This document shows positions 49,105 to 61,194 of a DNA stretch of 64,000 nt, piece after piece. The translations under genes and the position numbers were made by a program. The DNA lies in assembly GCA_951804945.1 (NCBI GenBank), contig OX638150.1:29140001-29204000 (forward strand), in the 5' to 3' direction. This DNA is from Podarcis cretensis. Its lineage: Eukaryota. Positions within the stretch are counted from its first letter, which is position 1. Each line of letters opens with the position of its first letter. The notes below the pieces were generated by a model. That model worked only from the letters and a program-made list of their open reading frames with translations. It made no database searches and was not told where the DNA came from.

Positions 49105-49447
49105 GCGGGTGGCGCTGTGGTCTAAACCACTCAGCCTCTAGGGCTTGCTGATCAGAAGGTTGGCGGTTCAAATCCCTGCGACAGGGTGAGCTCCCATTGC
49201 TCAGTCCCTGGTCCTGCCAACCTAGCAGTTCGAAAGCACGTCAAAGTGCAAGTAGATAAATAGGTGGGAAGGTAAACGGCGTTTCCGTGTGCTGCTCTGG
49301 TTTGCCAGAAGCGGCTTAGTCATGCTGGCCACATGACCCGAAAGCTGTACGCCGGCTCCCTCAGCCAGTAAAGCGAGATGAGCGCTGCAACCCCAGAGTC
49401 ATCCACGACTGGACCTAACGGTCAGGGGTCCTTTTACCTTCACCTTT
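49105..49447 (+). mobile_element. Sauria SINE (few 5' bases missing)
   Basis: Same family as 2387/21059. TSD TAGCCAATATTGC at 49094-49106 and 49448-49460. Confidence 0.92.
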
Positions 49448-50019
49448 TAGCCAATATTGCACCAGGGGTTTAAACTCATGCTTGACCAACACTTCTTAGA
49501 AGGGCCTTGGACAGAGAAATGAGCTTTGTTTCCCAAACAGATAATAATAGTGACCTTTTTCAATGTTATTGTCCAAATGAATGAGGAGTGCAAAATAATG
49601 TTATCCACTCACAGCACCAGATTATTGATAAATAATAATGGTAACAGATGGTCTTGCCCTAACAGAATATTCTCAAGAGTATATTCTGGAGATACCGTTA
49701 GCACAACATCAAGATTAGGTTTTGATGCTCACACAGCAAAACACCAGTTTAGGGCACTTGTGATTCTCAATAAAGGCAATTGCAGTTCCAAACAGGAATC
49801 TAATGGCTTTAGCGACTTCCACAAGTTTCTAGTGTATGGGAAGACCTAGAAACCAGAGTCACTGAAGAGAGAAGGCATTTCTTAGGGAGGGCTGGATTAA
49901 GACCTTTAGAAGCTCTAAGTACCGTACTTAAAAGATTTTGGTGCCTCCACATATATCTAATTCAAACTATAAACAATAATAAAAACACAGGTTTATTATA
50001 ATGGTTCCACAGGTATTTT

Positions 50020-50275
50020 GATAGAGCAAGACTTGTTCTCTATTGCTCCAGGGTACTGGGCTAAAATCCAATGGTTAGAAATTAGAGGAAAAACAGATTT
50101 TGGCTAATCATTAGAAGAAACTTGCTAACAGCAGAAGCTGTTCAACAGAACAGATTGTATTGCTGAAGGTATTTAACCAGAGATGCTATAACTGAACCCT
50201 GCATTGCAGATCTTGAACACAGCAGAGTTTATATTGAACGGCCTCATGGGTCCCTTCCAGTTCAATGATTTTGAA
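50020..50275 (+). mobile_element. CR1 LINE 3' fragment
   Basis: Degenerate RT C-terminus-like sequence ending in GGTCCCTTCCAGTTCAATGATTTTGA. Boundaries approximate. Confidence 0.6.
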
Positions 50276-51915
50276 TCCTGTCATCACACCTAAGTACAAA
50301 AAGCTAAGGCAGCAGCCCCAAACCCCAGCCCAAAAAAGAGAGAGGGGGAAACTAGGCACCCTAATGCAGATATGGATAGGAGTGCCACCCTTCTTCCGGA
50401 GCAAAGCACCTCTTTGCAGCCAGAGCTGATTATTTAAAAAGGTCTGCTCAGTTCACAGCAGCAAAGATTAATTATCCTATTTTTAAAGCACAGGCAATTA
50501 ATATTCCCAACTTAATTAATGCAGAGGCTAAGATCATTTTTCTCCCAGGGGATGCTAAAATAGATTCTTGAAGCTGAAAGGAACTTAAACAGGAGGAGAA
50601 AGTATTGAAGATTGTTCACACTGTGACTCATCAAAGAATAGTTAACTATTTTTGTAATGGCAAACGAGAAAAGGAGGGGTAAGCTCCAAGAGCCTGATGG
50701 AAGCAGCATAGAGACTTCCTTGAGTTTCTGAGGTTCAGTGCAGAGTTGGGGTGGCAGGGAGAGCAGAAACTAAATCTTTTTTATCACCACCATACTTCTT
50801 CCCTGGCTCTGAGATTACTTCTTTTGTTCCACTCTGTTGGAACAACATACCTGGCTTGGCTAATGTAACCTGGATCAACATGTTCAACAACACAGTTAGG
50901 ACTTGAATTCTAGTGGGGAGTACAAACCCAAGTGTATATACATATATTGGTGTAGGAATCACAGGGCAAAAACAAAGAGATCACTGAAAACATGAGCAGC
51001 TGTGCAGAAAACATTACTTAATTCTTTGTCAGTATATCCTTACATGTATGGGGACCCTCTGTGCATACAGGATATACCAAATGATTTCAAGTGTTGGGAC
51101 AGCAACTCAATATTCATTTCCATACACACATTTCCCAGCATGCACATGGAGTTGTTGTAACCCATAAGTCAATGGAAAGACATTGCTGGTGCAGGGCTCT
51201 TTTTGTTCATGAATGTCCCTGCACTTTTGGACTGGATCTTCTGTGTTCCAGGACAGAGCCCTGGCAGGAAGACAGGAAATCAAACAGGAACAAACCAGAG
51301 GGGGTCCATCACATTAAAGGGGTAAGAAAGCCAGTGGCCCCAAGGTCCAGTGAATTTAACAGATTATCACTACGGCTGTGCAAAAAGCTTCCTAATAATA
51401 AGCTAGAAACCAGATAGAGACCCCAGAGCTGCCCAGATTTAGATGCACCCAATGAAAAATTCAACCCTAGGGGTGATGTAGCAGAAAAGAAAAGGGTAGG
51501 GAGCATTGAGCATGGAGGTTTGGGGTAGGCATTATGCTAGGAGTTGTGCGGAAGTAAGAGTGGATTACAGAAAGGGAAGCACTGCTCCAAAGGTCAGAGG
51601 AGGAAAGGGAATCCAGCTTCCGTCAGCCAGAAAAAGGCAAAGAAACTTCAACCAGTGGACCGAGTGGCAAGCGAGTGAGTCAAGCTCTGAACTGACGGAT
51701 CATCGGTGGAGAACGGAATTCACCAATAGTGCTGTTTAGCAGCGGTAATTTTTTCCATCCCTCCATCCCCATATTCTGGTTCCACCCTTCACCAGCATTT
51801 AAAAAAAGTCTGTCCAGAGCACTCTTAGGAATGAGGTGGGAGCAAAGGGAAAGGAGTTGGCATGTGGGGGGAAAAAATGATGAACTTACAACTATACACA
51901 GTCAGGGGACACCTC

Positions 51916-51943
51916 TCAAAACCTGGCCACTTCAACATCTGAG
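51916..51943 (-). CDS. BAIAP2: BAIAP2 alternative terminal exon, T type: (S)SDVEVARF*
   Basis: Minus strand ccatttttccattacag|C TCA GAT GTT GAA GTG GCC AGG TTT TGA. Matches the mammalian ADVEVARF C-terminus. Confidence 0.9.
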
Positions 51944-53269
51944 CTGTAATGGAAAAATGGAAAAATAGAGAGGCTGTTTGTACTTTGCACACATGCACAC
52001 TCCATAAACAATTGGGGAGGAATCAGTTATTTAGAGCAGGAGCTGATGATGCCCCTTCGACACGCAACATTCAGGTGGGAGGGGTTTCCTCTGAGGAAGC
52101 TGCATTTGTTACTGCACTATACAACTTATGGCTAATGAACGGCAATTAAAAGGATTAACTGTAGGGAAGGGAAATTGAGGCCCTGGTCCTTTCTAGTCTG
52201 GTCAGAGGCTAAAATGAAATGACAACTCCTTGGAATATAGGCTTAAACGTCATCCTCCAAAAACATCCCACACTCTATTTCCTCTTCTATAAAATTTGCA
52301 GAATAGTCGCCCTTTACTTGGGTCTTCATAACTTTCAAGACTCGTGAAGCGTTTGGGAAAGGAGTGACAAATCACAACAAAGATCACATGGTGATAATTG
52401 TACAGAGCCTCTTCATGCTGAAACCTTCAGGCAGTCAAGCAACTGTGTGATAATTTCGATCGTCACATGGATATAACATGGCCGTGGGAAGAAAAGCAAC
52501 TGCTTGCTCCAGCTTTATCTCATACAGCCACAGGAAGAGGCTGAGCTTACTGCACCCTCAAGTATCCTCACAATTCTTTATGGTATTGACCAGCTGTTAA
52601 TGAAGCTAGGCTACTTGCTCACTAGACTAAAGTAGTTGCTATGCAGGGATACGATAACAAGCTGCTGTGATGAAAACAACCAACTGCAGGGACAAAAACT
52701 GGTTAAGCAAACAAACAAACAAACTAACAAACAAATCCTGACAATTCAGTTGAACAGGTTATTCCATATGATGCTGGATAAAACCCCTATTAGTCAGGAT
52801 TTAAGCTCTCCCATGATAAATCCCTGACAAATATCCTGTTTAATATTCTGCCAGCTGACCCGTGTGGTTTGTTGGAAAGAATTTTCTGCTGGATTTAGGA
52901 GATCAGCTCAGGTTCAGGGCAGATGCCCCACTTGCCCCTTTGAGCAAGTTGCCCTCTCGGCCTCAGCATTCCATCTGTAATACTGGAATGATTACGGTTT
53001 GATCCTTAGGACTGTTGAAAAGGTTACTGGGAAAACAGCTATTAAAAGCACTCCATGCATTCAAGAGATCGCAGTTGGAAAAGGATGAAGCAGGAAAGAG
53101 GACAAAAGATTGATGAAGGCAGGATGGGATCTTTCAGCATCCTAGAGGTGTAGAAAATACCTGCAACACACACTGTTGACTGCAGGGCTTGTTCGTGACA
53201 AAGGCAATTAAAAAAAAAACAAACCTGAAGAAAATCACCCAAGCCCAACTCGATGAAGGAAATCAAACT

Positions 53270-53275
53270 TTTATT
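53270..53275 (-). terminator. Poly(A) signal of the BAIAP2 S-type terminal exon (3'UTR ~1.75 kb)
   Basis: Minus-strand AATAAA followed by a GU/U-rich downstream element, at the end of an AU-rich UTR-like block 53270-55019. Confidence 0.65.
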
Positions 53276-55019
53276 CAAACATCTCGGTACAGGGCACATT
53301 TCTCTTCAACTATTTGTCATCATTATTATTATTTATTACTCTTTGCTTTTATTTATTTTTTAAAAAAACAACACAGAACTTTCCCCCCATCACTTTTACA
53401 ATCCTTAACACAAGTTTTGTGTATTATTATTTTTTTGCTTTGTTGTTTTCTACATCGATTCTTTTACTACAGAATACCCTGGATGTAAAAAGTCTTTTTG
53501 AGCAAAGTTATGACAACAATGGAAGGAGGTTCTTATTACATATGCCCCAAGTCTATTATTTTACTATGTGTGTAGAGATAGATCTTTTATATATATACAT
53601 ATAGTCAAGATAATATTGCCAGCAGCCTCCAATACAGATAAAATATTTTGCTCTGAGTTTCATTTTGTCTGACTTTCTTATTTATTTATTTTTAATCACA
53701 TTGGGGTCATAGGAATACAGCTTTACACTGTAGACTTTGCAACAGGAACTGAAAGTGTTAAAAGTCTTTAACAGGGGGGCCACGTTCACAGAGTTCAGTG
53801 ATTGAAGAAGCAATACCAGTAGCCATTAACTCCAATCCTACCCGGTTTGCCTCTGAAGTTAATCAAGAATACACAAAGAAGATTGACAGTGTTTTAGGAA
53901 ATGAAGCAATTGAACTTTGCCCGAAATCACCAAAAGTTCAAAACCCCACCCCGCCCCACCCCCAAAACACACGTGGTTCTTTCCTTCCACCCCCTCCCCT
54001 CTGCGCAAAAGGGGGATGCGGGGAGGACCACCCCTTCACTTTCATAAAGAAAAAGTCTTTGGAATGATTTGGAAAGCTGCATAAATGACAAAATATTCCT
54101 TCCCCCCCCACCACCCTGAAATCCCAACTTGGCTCCACTACCCCAGAGTGCTAACCATGAGGTAACAATACCTTCCTACAAAAAATATATATATATTATA
54201 TGTATATATAAAACAAACCCCTTTTAAAAAGGAATACTGGGTTGGTGCTCAGTTCAGTTGGTTGGATCAGGTTAACAGTCCAATCCTCACTGAGAAACCA
54301 GCCTCTGCACCAGCCAGCCTCCCTATAAACCAGTCTGTGCACATCCCCCCTTTTTTTGACAGAAAAAAAACTGGCATCATGGTAAAGTTCAAAGAAAGAT
54401 ATCTGAAATAACAGTACGTACACCATAGGCCATGCATATTTGTTCCTGGATATATCTTATCTATAACTATCCATCTAGATAGATAGATATAGATATTTCT
54501 CTTTTTTTACTTCTTTTTTAAGGAAAAAAAATATCCATGTATTTTGCTATTAATGTGCAGCTCACATTAAAGTCTTTGAAAAGGGGTTGTGGACTATCTT
54601 TATATATATATATATATTTAAAAAACCATTTACAAAGTACAAAGAGAGAGAATGAGAAAGAGAGAGGCGCAGGATTTCCATCGAGTTAAATGTAAACTGC
54701 ATTGAGGCGGCGGCAGCTGCTGCTGCGAAATCTAACAATTCCCGTTTTAATATTTTCTACTCGGAAGGGTGTTTTTGCTTTTGCAAGTGGCAGGGAGTGT
54801 GGAGAAGGTTGCAGCACCATGGGTTCCTTAACGATCACAAGAGTTAGAAATCCAGGGTGGGGGAGAAGAGCGACTTTCTTTCTTTTTTTTAAAAAAAGAG
54901 GGTAGTTGGAAGGAAATTGTGCAGAAGGAAAAGAAAAGAAAAAGAAAAAGAAAGAAAGAGAAGAGAAGCAGAAAACTCTTCCAAGCAGCAGCTGCCATTT
55001 CTAGTCAAGGTTCCTTCTC

Positions 55020-55050
55020 TCACACTGTTGATACCAAAGTGCCACTGCCG
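55020..55050 (-). CDS. BAIAP2: BAIAP2 alternative terminal exon, S type: (S)GSGTLVSTV* (class I PDZ ligand)
   Basis: Minus strand ttctttctattccacag|C GGC AGT GGC ACT TTG GTA TCA ACA GTG TGA. Confidence 0.94.
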
Positions 55051-55900
55051 CTGTGGAATAGAAAGAAAAAGGACAGGATACTGCCAAACCGCACTTGCAC
55101 CACGAAAGGAAAAAGCATCCGATGGACAAGAACCAAAGCCGCAACACATCTCAAGTGCCATGCAGTATCCCCTCTGGCCTAGAACCCTGCGGGGGGCCGG
55201 GGGAAGAGACTACTAAAAGGCGAAAGATACTATTAGTCTGCCCCACTGCACTTTTGAGATTTGCTGCAGGCTCAACGTGCATCTCTACCCTGCTGCCCGC
55301 TGCCATGTGCTGAACAACTAAAAAAAATGGAGAATTTGAAAGCTTGCTCACTATTCTGTGACATTTTGATTGGACCTAATAAAAAGTATTGTTTTACCGT
55401 GGGTTTTGAAGTCTCTGCTTCCTATAATAAATAGCTTTTTTGAAAGCTGTCTGCTATAAGTGAATTCTTTTTACATGCCTGATATTTCACAGTCCAGAAA
55501 GCTATTACCAGTGCTGTCCTGTCCCCCAATACCTTCCGTCCTCTCATGTACAGTACTTGGCTGCTCCCTACCAACTAAGACTGAGAAAAACCACAGTTTA
55601 ACTCTGGTTTGCAAGGAATGCTTGGAATTCACGAAGAGAGGGAAAAGCAGGGCAGGCAGCAATTGAGCTCACTGCTGCTTCAACAAACCATAGTTGTCTA
55701 GATGGGAGACCACCTGGTATCCATGCACATGCTGGGTTCCAGGCAGAAGAAGGGATAAAATAAATGTAAGTACATCAAAACCTAAACTCCTTGTATCCTG
55801 CACTTAAAGGCAGGTGGCTGTTAAGCCCTGGAAATTGCCATTTTCAGAGTGCACCAAATGGTTGGGGAAGTGGTTGTATGCAATCCAGGGATACTGCTGT

Positions 55901-55903
<3 letters not shown>

Positions 55904-55945
<42 letters not shown>
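55904..55945. repeat. (TG)n microsatellite
   Basis: Seen directly; about 40 nt into the intron downstream of the last common BAIAP2 exon. Confidence 0.95.
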
Positions 55946-55947
<2 letters not shown>

Positions 55948-55987
55948 ATATATATCTATGATGGGTTCAAAAGTCCAAGCCTCTTAC

Positions 55988-56022
55988 CTGCTTGAGGGTC
56001 TTGCTCCATAGTCATCCAGTCC
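55988..56022 (-). CDS. BAIAP2: BAIAP2 last common coding exon (35 nt): GLDDYGARPSS
   Basis: Minus strand ccacag|GGA CTG GAT GAC TAT GGA GCA AGA CCC TCA AGC AG|gtaag. Confidence 0.94.
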
Positions 56023-59000
56023 CTGTGGATGAGAACAAAAAGAAAGCAAGGGGTGTCATTCAGCAGAAGAAACCACATTTGCCAAAATACAGCAATGGAA
56101 GAAAAATAAAAGCAGCACTGACAATCAATGGTTTTCTGGCGCAGAGTCAAAGTGTTTGGGTCTCAAGAAGGATTTAGCTACCAAAGCCATAGAGTGAATG
56201 GTAAGAAGTTACGTCCCTTTCACAAGAATATGACTTTGGGCAGCAAAAGCTGTAGAAGGAGGAGGATAAAAACTGAGCTCTGACATTTCAGCTTTGACTT
56301 GGGACAGAAGAGGTCTCTAACTTTTAGTTGCAGTGCAGGCTGCTGCTGCTGGGCTGTTGCAAAAACACCCTGTGGAAAAAGAAGGTTGGTGGCATTGCAA
56401 TGTCTGGTGGAAGCAAGCACAGGACTCTGCATAGTCTCATCTCTTTTGAGGATTGTCTTCAAAAGAAAATGCCAAAGCGATGGCTTCCAAGCATCAGCGA
56501 GATGGATGAAACCGAAGCAGCAGCAGCACACAGAGAAATGCAGGCTGCCTCTTTCATCCTCATGCTCCAATGGGTACATATAAAGAAAACGACGGACACT
56601 TATTTTTCCTGCTCGAATGGGTCCCAGGAGAAGTCAAATCACAAGCCTGGATGTGATGCATTTCAAAGTCCCATCAACATTTAAGGGGAAAATTGTGAGC
56701 TTGGGGAGCTCCAGCAGGCATGCGTGTGCCTTACATTTTGAAGACACAGTCCTGCTCAAACCCTTTGGGCTATGCTTGCTGCAGCGAAGCCAAATGCAGC
56801 AAGCCAAGGAGGACTATGGATGTTCCCTGGAAAACTCCAGTCACTTCCTCCTTCTCCTTGCTTAAAAATACCACTTATTATTCTGGACAAAAATATCAAG
56901 GTTTCCCACCAGGCAGCAATTTTCAGCTGCTCAGGGCTGACGGTCTGTAGCATAAATGCTGGGGCAACCCTCAATCAAGTTTAAACTCCATGTTTAGCTC
57001 TTAACCCAAGCCAAGTCTCACTAAGGGTCATTAGCCACAGAACCTATTGGCAGGAACAACTAACAAAGCTTCATCTATCTGCAATGGGGCCGGGGTTGTG
57101 GGAAGGGAGGCTTCCAAGTCAAAGCCTCAGAACCAGTCATTTAAGAAACCAAACTATTTTCCTGTTCCGGACAAATAAAAAAACTACCATTATTTTGTAA
57201 TTTAATCTTATCACAATTATGCTCAGTTAAAAATTGCAGTTTTGTCGGTTCCACTGCCCTAGCTTCTTCTGTAACCCAAATACTGCTGTTTCGTCCCAGC
57301 TATAAATATCTTTAGACAGCAATAATCGTCCCCGATTATCTGCCCTTGATTTAATATTTGTATCCTGCTTTACTAACAACAAAGTTGAGATCAAAGCAGC
57401 TCAGAACAATAGGACACCTTTTGCAAAATACTGGCTTCAGCAGCAAACGTTTTCCAACTAGTGAGCCTCCTTTTGCTTTCCAGTCACCTTGGTTGATTTT
57501 ATCTGCATCTTTCCATCCATCCCCTCAACCTTTTTACTTAACAACTAGTCTTATTTGGTTGAGTCGAGTCTGCCAGGCTCACTTGTGCCAGGGGGAACGG
57601 ATGAAGTTGTTGGGATTCACATCAGCCCTAGTCCACATGGCCAAAATTTGGCAATCAAGCTGTTTCTGAAGGGCACTACAATGGCAACCACTGTGGCTCA
57701 AGAAGAGTCAAGAAGACTAGACTCAACCAAACAGCAGCACAGCTGCTCAACTAGTCAAGTGGAGGACACCATGTTAGCTACCTGTTCTCTATGATTTAAA
57801 AACCTGAAAGGGGGCGAAAATAAGCTTTGTTGACGGGTGAGCAACCCATTTCTAGCAGTAGACACTCATAGAACGGCCACATGTTACCAGTTGGGTATTT
57901 GCGTTGCTGTTTTACTGCCACTCTTTGTGCCTCACCCATCGATAATTTCCCAATGGGTTCATTTATTCTCCATAGTTTCTGTTCGTGCTTCTCCTTCTGA
58001 TTCATTCCACTTCCCCAAAAATGCATTCTTTTGGAAGAATGTGGATGGGAAGGAGAGAGGGGGCAGGATTACCCAGGTTGGGTAAGCCACAAAGATGCAA
58101 CAGGCAGAAAACAGGCCCCAGAAACCCCAATGGAAACATTGCGTTCTTGGGACTTACGGCTGTTGACCTAGGATAAGGCTGGTAGGAGGCAGGTAGCAGT
58201 TGGCAGAGGCCATTGGAATATTCATTAATTGCACAACCGTAGGGCATAACGTACTCCTACAAATAATGAACATAAGCATCTGTTGGCAAGTTAAGCCTCA
58301 CCTGCTTGTAAAAAGACCTAGGTTAGAAAACAGACACTTGGAGAATGTTCACTTCAGCAGTGCCTCAACCAGGACTCCTTTTAGCAAAACGACCTCCCAT
58401 CCACCCAAGGCGCAGACGCAGCTCTGTGCTTTGGGCCCAGCTCTGCTGCTGCTTGGCTACAGAAAACAAGGGCAACTTCATTTTCTGCAGGTGCGGCACA
58501 TGCAAGAAACTAGAGTCTGCCATAAAGAGAGGCTAGGTTTAGCTGCTGCATCGAAAGAGAGAGTGGCTTTACTGCCTCCCAGCATTCTACTCTGGAGAAG
58601 TCTCCAAATACTTTATAGGCAACAGGACACGTGGGGGTGGGGAGAAACCCAAGTGAATATATCCCGAAAGGTTGGGAGAAGGGCTTGGATATCTTGTTGC
58701 ATACAGCCCAGTGAACATTCCACAAAATGCAAATAATTCACACCCCCAGTAAAATCCATCCACAATTACTCCTCTGTCCCCACTGGGAGGAATAAACCTA
58801 AACAGATATTGCTAGTGCTGCTCAGTTAAAACCAGCCTGGCATATAGCTGCTTTCAGCTTTATTGCCTAGGTGAGGCAGGTTAGTTCTCCCAACCACAGA
58901 CCCACACATCTTGCAGGTTCTTTCTCAGTTCTGGAACCCTTTCGTGCATGGAACTTCTAGCCAGCCAGTGGAACAGGCGTGGGGAGCCTTTGGGCCCTCC

Positions 59001-59455
59001 AGATGTTGCTGGACTCCAGCTCCCAGCAGTCACAGCAGAGCCAGGAACAATGGGAGTTGTAGTCCGCCAACATCTGCATCCCGGGTCTAGACAGAAGCTG
59101 CAAGCTCTTTGCTCAGAGCTGTGAAGTAGAAAAGCAACTTTTAACACTCACAGCCTAATCTCAGTTAGGCCATTCCCACCATCCATGACCTCTGCTCCCT
59201 CTACCTAGGGATGATGGGAGTTGTAGTCCAAGAACAGTTGGAGACCCACGTTTGGGGAAACCCTGTCTAGATGTAACAATAAACTTTCTTTGAAAAAAAG
59301 AAAAGCAGCAGTTTGACACCAGGAAAATAAAATGCAGCTGCCGCTGCCAAAAGCAGAACTTTCATGCTCTGAAAATTCAAATTTGCTGCAGGCAGTTAAG
59401 GCAGGTTTCATCCACCAACAGACAGCGCCTCTCCCCTCCCAGTAAGGTTCCTCAC

Positions 59456-59606
59456 CTGGGCAAAAGCAGGCACTGCCACGCTGTACGGCCTCTGTTTGAA
59501 GGTGTTGACGTTCTGTGACTGGAAAGCTCGGGAAGACATGCTGTAATCTGGAGGGGGGATGTCATCTTTGTCCAGCAGATTCCCTGTGCTACTGCTTTTC
59601 CCTTGG
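59456..59606 (-). CDS. BAIAP2: BAIAP2 exon with WW-binding PPPDY motif
   Basis: Minus strand ttcttcag|C CAA GGG AAA...GCC CAG|gtgag. QGKSSSTGNLLDKDDIPPPDYSMSSRAFQSQNVNTFKQRPYSVAVPAFAQ. Confidence 0.95.
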
Positions 59607-60814
59607 CTGAAGAAATAGATAAAATTTGCTTAGCAAACATAGGAAAATTGGCTTTCTATGTTTTTATCACTTCTCATTTTTATATGTAAGCCGGCTTGAG
59701 TCCTGTCAGAGGAAAAGGCGGGATATAAATAAATTGATGGCAATGATTACAACGACAACATTTCCTTACTTCACAGAATTTTTGCTAGAAGTACTTTCCC
59801 AGCACTTAAGCCACCAACTTGCTCTCTTCATGACCGTCTTACTTGAGGATGGCCAGAGAAGCCAATTACTAACATATCTAACTGCCATTAAGTCCGCTGC
59901 CTGAGGAAATGAGTTATTTTGTGCTCCTGGCCTGTCACCAGCTATGATCCTGGATTTGATTTGGGGTGAGGGGAGAAGAGGACTTCAAGGGAGGGCAAGG
60001 CAGCCACAACTGAAATTGGCAAGGGAGGGAGATAAATCTATCAAGTCACCTCCTGGAAATTTTCCAACTGTCAGCTGACTTGAGGGAAGAATTGTGTGAC
60101 AGGAGCCACCTTGTCCCTCTTGGCCTGGAAATTGTTCCCTGCTATGCTCCCAAATATGACCTGCAGAGGGGGGGGTGGGAGAGCAAAAGCTGCTTCCAGG
60201 GAGGGACTGCTCTTTATCAAGGGCAAGACAGTGAGAACTGCCACTGTCATTTGATTAGGATATAGGCCTCTCTCTCTCTGTCTTCTAAACCACCAGAAAT
60301 TGCATAGACAGAACAGTGTGAGAGCACTAAAGGAATCGTGCTTGAGCTTGTTTTAACCCTCCTCCCTGCAATTCATTTTCCCTCTTGTGTCGTGCGTTTC
60401 GAGACTGCAAAACCAGGAGCAGGGACCAGCTTCGTATTGACTTCTGTAAGCCTCTCTGTGAGGTTTTTTTAAACCAGAGGGTGGGGTATAGAAACATCTT
60501 AAATAAAACAAATAAGTAAATCATCTGAATGCTTTCACTGAAATGACCCCTTCCTCACTTTCAACTGAGGAATCAATGCTGACTTACAAGCCCAGCAAAT
60601 CTCTCTCTCTCTCTCTCTCTCTAGATGCTATAGCATCTACTTATGCAAATTTTTCTTCATTCTTTCAAGGAATCGTTTCCCCCACACCCAGGCCTGGGTT
60701 CTTTCAATTTTAGTATCCGTGCCCATTGTGTTTATCACTAACAAAACATTGCGATAGGAGTCGTTCCATCAAAAGTATATTTGCTTTGGGCTGTTCCTAC
60801 TCTCTCTGTGTTCC

Positions 60815-60819
<5 letters not shown>

Positions 60820-60896
<77 letters not shown>
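60820..60896. repeat. Compound (TG)n(AG)n microsatellite
   Basis: Seen directly. Confidence 0.95.
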
Positions 60897-60900
<4 letters not shown>

Positions 60901-61125
60901 GGCAGACAGACACCAAATATTTTTGGCAGCAAAGCCTGCCATACTGGTTTGACAAACTTGAGGCAGGTACAGCTGGTTAATGACAAAAGAGGAGCCAGAA
61001 AGAGGGCAATGCAAGACAGGTACTGATTCTGGCTCAGCAAGGGCGGGGCTGATCTCTGTAAATACAAATGTCATTCAAACGCCACATGTTTCTGTGGAAG
61101 CCAGCAGACAACACAACCTTCTTAC

Positions 61126-61194
61126 CTCATGTGCAACCTTTCGCTCCCATCACTGTCCAGCACACGTGTGTAGGAGAAAGGAAACCAGCCTCTC
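61126..61194 (-). CDS. BAIAP2: BAIAP2 exon, end of SH3 domain
   Basis: Minus strand atag|G AGA GGC TGG TTT CCT TTC TCC TAC...CAC ATG AG|gtaag. RGWFPFSYTRVLDSDGSERLHM. Confidence 0.96.
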
